A DNA stretch of 64,000 nt from the human T2T-CHM13v2.0 reference genome, Homo sapiens: assembly GCF_009914755.1 (NCBI RefSeq), contig NC_060932.1, one strand, 5' to 3'. The stretch's first letter is position 1, and every line of letters starts with the position of its first letter. A model generated the notes under the pieces. That model was not told the origin of the DNA. It did no database searches and saw nothing but the letters and a program-made list of their open reading frames with translations. The translations under genes were made by a program, and so were the position numbers. Below are positions 57,108-64,000 of the stretch, piece by piece.

Positions 57108-57599
57108 CCATGTAAAAAGAATGAAATCCTGTCTTTTGCCGCAACATGGATGGAACTGCAGGCCATTACCTTAAGTGGAATAACTCAGAAACATGAAGAC
57201 AAATACCGCATGTTCTCACTTAGAAGTGGGAGCTGAACAGTGTATACACATGGACATACAGTGTGGAATAATAGACACTGGAGATTCGAAAGGGTGGCAG
57301 GGTGGGAAGGAGGTGAAGAATAAGAAATTATTCAATGGCTACAATACACACTGTTGGAGTGACAGTTACACTAAAAGCCCAGGCTGCACCACTAAATTAA
57401 ATATCCATGTAACAAAATTGCACTTTCAACCCTTAAATGTGTACAAATAAAAAAAAGAACATTTCTATTCTTTCCTCTCCTGCTTCATTTCTACATGTTA
57501 AATCCTATTTAGCATTCAAGGCTTGGATCAAATATGCTGCTACAAAGCCTTCTTTGGGATTCCGTAAATAATTAATCTCCTCCCTAGATGACTTTTTAG

Positions 57600-57760
57600 T
57601 TATCATTATTTATTATTATTCTCAGTTTATGGTTAATAAATATATTTATTATTTTATTATATAATATTATATATAATTATATAATATTATATAATTATAT
57701 AATTACTACTACTATTCTCATTTTATACTTATTATATTATTATTGTCATTTGATTACTCT
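57600..57760. repeat. AT-rich low-complexity (ATTAT/TATAA) tract
   Basis: Direct. Confidence 0.85.
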
Positions 57761-57913
57761 CATTTATGCTTTCTATAAATCCCTTGACAGCAAACTTGCT
57801 GTCAAGAAGTTTCTAGAGATTTCTAGAGAGAAGAGTATAAATGAGACTAATGAGCTGACCATAAAATAAAAATGTCATGTTCATTTTTGTTTTCAAACTC
57901 AGAGCTCATGGCC

Positions 57914-58299
57914 TGCTATGGTTTGAATACTTGTGTCCCTGCCAAGATTCACACGATGAAACCTATTCACCAATGTGATGATGGTGGGAGGTATGGCCTT
58001 TGAGAGGTGATTAGGGCATGAAGGCAGAGCCTTGATGAATGGAATTAGTGCCCCATGATAAAGGTCTGCAGAGAGCTGCTGCTCCCCTTCCACCATGTGA
58101 GACACAGCAAGAAGATGCCATCTATGAGAAAGGGCCTTCACCAGACACTCAATCTGCCAGCACCTTGATCTCGGACTTCCCAGTTCGAGAAATTCTGGAA
58201 GAAATTTATTTTTCCAGAAAGGGGAAAAATAAATTTCTGTTGTTTATAAGCTATCCAGTTTATGGTATTTTGTTACAGCAATTCAAACAGACTAAGACA
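57914..58299 (+). mobile_element. MLT1A-like solo LTR
   Basis: TGCTATGGTTTGAAT...GACTAAGACA. Confidence 0.88.
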
Positions 58300-58672
58300 G
58301 GCTGTATCAATAATAATTTCTGCATAGTCTGAAAGCTCAATGACAGCAAGAATCAAGTAGGCCTTATTGATCAGAACTGTATCACCACCACTTAACACAG
58401 TGCCCTTAGCTAACTATTTTTAATGGATGTTAAATAAAGGAGTAATTACTGAATTGATTTATTTTAAGTCTTCATTGTTAGTTTTAATTTGAAAGACATT
58501 TAAAATTCACTATTTGGTCAGAATATGCAGCAATGAATGAAGTTCGAGGAAATTTTATTTATATGTAGTGGCCATAGGGGTGTGTCTTCACATAATGACA
58601 TCCGTTGCCAAAAGTAATCCAAAAGAAAAAACACACCCTTGATTGGTTATCTGGCATTAAAAAATAAAGTAA

Positions 58673-58961
<289 letters not shown>

Positions 58962-59694
58962 AATAATAGTAACACTAATAACAATTTAATAGTGAAGAGT
59001 CTATCTTTGGTTATCATGCATCAACACAAATAATTCATTATTTTGCTCAAATGCCAAGAGAAATTACAGTCATCTCTGTACCCAACTGCCAATAAAGTTT
59101 CTAATATCTATGAAATTATGATACACAAAATATCTGTATGAGTTAATATTGCTAATACTTGTGGTGGTTACAAGACAGGGAGATGTTATTGACTTGCTGT
59201 AGTTTTATCATTCATGTAGACATGATCTTCAAAGGGTGAGAAAATACAAACGTCTGTAATTTTCTTTTCCTAACTTGTTAATAACAATCATACTTGTTTA
59301 ATTCCTTCTAGTTTGTAAAATTATTCCATGCATTAACTTATCAAAATAACCAAAAGTCATTGACAGCTGATCCAGAAAATAATGTAGATGGCTGGAGTAG
59401 CATTCAGGAAATTCAAGCCTTTAGCTTCCTCATCTGTAAACTAGATAATTGCAATATATGATGTTTGAGGGCCTGTGGGTTCTAACCTTTCATTACTTTT
59501 AACAATGTTTGTAAGTTGAGTTAGGGAACTAATCAAAAAGAAAAAGTTTCAGAATGTTTCGAAGTCATGTCAGCCTTCAAGTTAAAATCACAGGCACCTA
59601 CTCCAGAGTAACTTTTTTTTTAAAGAATGCAACACTTTGGGGGTGTTTACATTCTTTTATGGTTCAACAAGCCTTCAAGTTCACTGTTTTATAG

Positions 59695-59893
59695 AGCAAA
59701 TCAATCCAGCCTGGTTTGCTTTGTAAATAAAGTTTTATTGGAACACAGCCACACCCACTCATTCACATATTGTCTATGGCTAGTTTTGCACAAAAATAAT
59801 AGAGTTAAATAGTTGCAACAGAGACTTTACAGCCCAGCGAAGCCTAGGATATTTACTACCTGGTTCACTGCAAAAAAAGTTTGCCAACCCTTG
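59695..59893 (+). mobile_element. MER58A hAT-Charlie relic
   Basis: TTTGTAAATAAAGTTTTATTGGAACACAGCCAC...AAAAAAGTTTGCCAACCC. Confidence 0.85.
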
Positions 59894-62800
59894 CTTTAAA
59901 ACAATAACTTATTTGTATGTATCGTTAAAATGTTAGTTCTTCCACAAAAAAAAAAAAAACTTTAAGAGAAGTGAAGTTATTTCACCTTTTCTGATCAATC
60001 CTTGGCAATCTGTAAATTTTGTAAATTTATATCAGTAGCACAAGTTAAATTATTTTTTTAAATTAATTTAAATTTAATTATGTTTCTGTGAAATCTAATA
60101 TACAATTTTTTACACTCTTCTAACATTTGCAATGTTTGAAAAACACACTTGCAAATAAAACTGCCCAAAATGTCTGTCCTTTGTGAGTTTAGTATTCTGG
60201 TGAATCCTGTTCGATAGTATTTTTATTGATCAGTAGAGGGCGTGCTTGACTCAATATAATTGTAGGTACAGCGTGTGCACAGTTTAGCCTGGGAACAACA
60301 GGTCGACAGCTGCATGAAGAAAGTTAAGGGAGAAATTACTCTATTTTTGTGATGTTAGTGAAAAGGATTAGAATAGCACAAGAAAACTGGTCTATTACCA
60401 TTTAACTGAAGGTAGTGTTTTCCTCCTGAGAAGAAAATTACTCATCTACTCTTTAGCATTGGTTTACAGGAATCTTGAATATTTTCAACAAGAGAAAGCA
60501 ACAATTTGGCTACAGAAAACAGGATTTTTTTGTGCCAAGATGATACAGCACATCTTGTGACAGTGGCTACTCTCTCCACCCTGCATCTCTTTGCATTGTT
60601 GCCTGTGTACTGATGCCATTAGCATTGACAGAGCCATTGTCCATTGTAAGAAAATATAAAAGAAGATCATTAGAAGTTCAGATTTCTGTAGTGGCTCTCT
60701 GGGTTTTTTTATCAACACAGAGGCTGTCTGAAAAGTGAAACATTTCCAAGGAGAATGTGCTGCCGAACTAAAGAATGCTAGGCCCCTAAAAAGAGACTGA
60801 AAAAAAACCCACCTACCAGCAGGCTAGACAAAGGGTGCAGGTTGGGGCCTCTTCTTTGAAAGACCTGATTAATGTGAGGTCTTGTTACCTGCTTTATCAC
60901 TGTTTTGTTATGAGTGAAAGGTTTCAGCATTCTTAATTTGTCTTGCGGATGGGAAAAGGAAAGGCAAACTTGCCTGATGGGGGTCTGAGGGTGAGGTAGA
61001 TCCATTTGCCCTCAGTGAAAAATAACAGACAGAAAATACACAGGTGATTCTACAGATTCATCCTAAATGTCTTTTTCTGAAAAAGCAGCCAAAAGCACTC
61101 ATCGTTTAGCCACTTATCTTGAAGAATAAGGTATAGGCTCCAGCAGGTGCAGAAAATAAGTTATTCATTATGCTAAAGCAAAAATAGATTCAAAGAACTA
61201 AATAGGAAAAAAAAAATCAGTTTTAGGAATTAAAGAACAGGCATAGAAAGATTAAAATAAGGTAATCATTGTAATTCCCGTTACTTAATAGGTTATTCTA
61301 AAGCACATTTTGGCTTCAGGTCTCTAGAAATAATCATCTTCTCATGATATGTGCAATAGTTAAAAATTAATTACAAACAGTTTTCATACCATCTATGAAA
61401 TTAGAACATATAAATCATGCTTTGGAGTTTTTTAAACGAGAAGCAGAATATGGGCTTTTTACCATATTTTACCTCTGGTTCCCTGAAATTTAAGTCTTAT
61501 GAAAATATTAGGAGATACATAATATAGTTAATAGCAAATATCCAATATGTATTTTCAGTGAGTGAAGAGAGAAGGATAAGATGCTTATGCTGGATACGTG
61601 TTTCATGAACATTGTCCCATGAGGATGAAAACGTAACAGATCATGGTACTTGGATTACTGTATTGCCAGTCACAGACAGCAAGTGAAACATATCATTGGG
61701 TTGTAATGTGGAAAATACCCCACAATAAGTAAGCAAATGAGACATAGTATTAAAAATACATGGCGTCTGACCCACATAATTAGCTATTCCACAGATAGTA
61801 GCTAGTAGTCATTATCATAGTGTAAGTACAATTTGGTTCGATTGAATTTATTTTGTCACCTTTTTATCAGCATTTTGATCTCATTTCTAATATAAATTAT
61901 CCTAGCCTTTTGCTAATCATTATGGCTAGACTTTGGCATACATAAGAGAGAAAGTGATTGCAAATACCTATACATACCTTTATGTATCTATATTTGTATG
62001 GATACATAAAACTTTTTGCCGTAACAGATTAATTTTTAGACGAACGCATTAGCTCAGTGGTTAAATAATAGTTTTTGTTTCTTTTGCAATATTTAATGCC
62101 TTGAATAACAAAGTTATACGATTAGATTGTGTATACACTAGGTTGTGAGCTCATTACAAGATGCATGTCTTTCTGATTTTTATATTCCCCAAGCCCAGTA
62201 AAGCCTCTGACATGAAAGTCTGCTTTCAAAAAATGCTTACCAAACGAGTGAACCTTGATCAGACACAACCGAACTTTTAAATTATTTCCCTGATTCAACC
62301 AGTTATTTTTTATAAAGAAGATATAAATTCCCATTTTTCCAAAGCATCTAACAGCTTCTCCTAGGTCTCATATCGCCTAATCAGCACTCTATATAATCTC
62401 TCTGAGTCCACCGTGGAAAGCATTAGTTCAGTCAAGGGAAACTTTTCAATTTAAAGCATGCAACAAGAATTATTGTCTCATGAGGAAGAGGGTTCCATAA
62501 GATCAAAAAGAGAGGTAGAAATAAATAAATATATACATACATACTTGTTCTAATGAGACTATCTACAGGTCATGCCTGATTGCCTTGAGCAGTGCAGTGG
62601 AAGCATCTTGATGTGGGTGTGAGAGAGGTGTGGGCTTATATCCTCACTCTGCATGAACTTGAGCAGGAAACCTAACCTCTTTGAGACTCAATTTCCATGT
62701 CTGGAAAACAATGATAATAATATCTCACTATATTTCCTGAGGCTCCTTGCAGATTCGATGGGCCTTCCTTCTTCCATCTGTATGGAAGCTAGGCATCATT

Positions 62801-63466
62801 TGGAAGCATTTGTCACTGTTCCAAACCACTAAGGCTTAAAAAGAGAGAAATCACTACATATTGCATGTTGAGCTCAGCAAACTTGCAAACAAATTCCTGC
62901 TTTGAGGGCAGTAGCTGAGTCCTTTCGGATTTTCTCAGAAGTCCCAGGACTATCCCCAGAGAAGGCACATTCTCCCTCAGTTTTGTTTTAATTTATTGAG
63001 TTAGTAAGCAAGCCCTCATGTGTGGCAGTCACCGTTCCAAGCACTTTGCTAACAATCACTGATTTGATCCTCTGAGGTTAATGCCACCCCATGAAATAGG
63101 GCTCTGTGGTCTTGTTCTACCTAGTAATCCCTTCTTCATCCTTAGATAATTCAGCCTTCATTCCTAAAATAAATGTGGAGCGATGGCAGTAGTTGTTAAC
63201 TACGGGAACAAGCTTTAAGTGTACTACAGAAAATGTAATGGAGAATATTCCAAAAATAATAACTTGGAATTTTATCTTAGGAGAAAAGAAATTTCTTCCA
63301 CCTCACCACAGCCCTGCGATTGTCAGGAGAAATTTCCTGTTAGCAAGGCCAGATCCAGGAGAAGAGTCCAGATGTCTCTCTGCTAGCCTAAACACCATTT
63401 GGCATCTCTTTCCTTTTTACTGAAGCTTTGAAGAAAATAGGAATAGAACCAGATCTAGTAAATTAC

Positions 63467-63561
63467 CTGGGGACTGAAACATCTTTGATATGCGTCTTGA
63501 GAACATCGCAACATATTTCTTTTCCTCCTTCAGAGCATTAGCTTTGCCGCTTCTCGGAACC
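63467..63561 (-). other. Candidate 95-nt exon (minus strand)
   Basis: Acceptor CATTGTTTCTGTCATTTAG| and donor CCAG|GTAATT; several CpGs in unique sequence. Confidence 0.3.
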
Positions 63562-63769
63562 CTAAATGACAGAAACAATGACAGACGGATTGGACAGCGA
63601 GTCTCGCTTCCCTGGTGCCAAATACAGACCAAAATAGCCTAAGCGCCCCTTTCCAAAGTCTTGAGACTGAAAAAATATATATATGATATGCATATGTATC
63701 CATATTTATTTATTAACTACTTGGTTACACTACAGCTGCTTTATTAGAATATTTTAATATCAGATTAAT

Positions 63770-64000
63770 ACAGTGGTTATGATAGCAGGCTTGATTAAGA
63801 AGGTTACCTTGATTACGATCCAAACTCAACCACTTACTAGCTGTGTAAATCTGGAAAAGTTGTGTAAATCTCTTTGCCTCAGTTTCCCGATATAAAATAA
63901 TTATAATAGAACCTACCTCAAAAGGGTGTTGTAAAGATTAAATGTTAATGCATCTAAAGTACCTAATACGTACCTAACTCATAGTAAGTACTCAATACAT
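63770..64000 (+). mobile_element. MIR
   Basis: CCACTTACTAGCTGTGT, CCTCAGTTTCC, ACCTACCTCA..GGGTGTTGTAAAGATTAAATG. Confidence 0.8.

Larger units (their letters stand above)
56700..57456 (+). mobile_element. L1PB/MA-type 3' end with nested AluY
   Basis: GCAACATGGATGGAACTG..GGCCATTA, CATGTAACAAAATTGCACT, A tail. Confidence 0.85.

Noticed and set aside
57783-57806. 11-bp-arm palindrome CTTGACAGCAA-AC-TTGCTGTCAAG
   Set aside because: Short and isolated; no supporting context for function.

Overview
Primate (human-like, hominoid-type repeats) nuclear DNA. It is AT-rich and made largely of interspersed repeats: about 25 Alu/FLAM copies (J, S and Y classes), MaLR LTRs (THE1, MST, MLT1), ERV1 LTRs (MER50-like, MER4-group, and a full solo LTR12C), L1 3' ends and old L1/HAL1 remnants, L2, MIR and hAT DNA-transposon relics. 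I cannot support any protein-coding gene. The supplied ORFs are Alu/LTR/L1 translations or chance ORFs. The best candidate functional element is a CpG-retaining, repeat-poor minus-strand promoter/first exon at about 35.66-36.26 kb. A same-orientation LTR12C lies about 4 kb upstream of it, and a second CpG-retaining exon-like segment sits at 63.5 kb. The window therefore looks like the 5' region/large first intron of a minus-strand gene that I cannot name. I found no convincing new biological system. The most unusual items are molecular fossils of DNA repair and retrotransposition: a template-switch insertion with inverted junction copies, an Alu carrying captured unique DNA inside one TSD pair, a twin-primed L1 lacking a poly(A) tail, and a near-perfect hairpin. 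Repeat subfamily names are recognised from memory of consensus sequences, and boundaries of old repeats are approximate.
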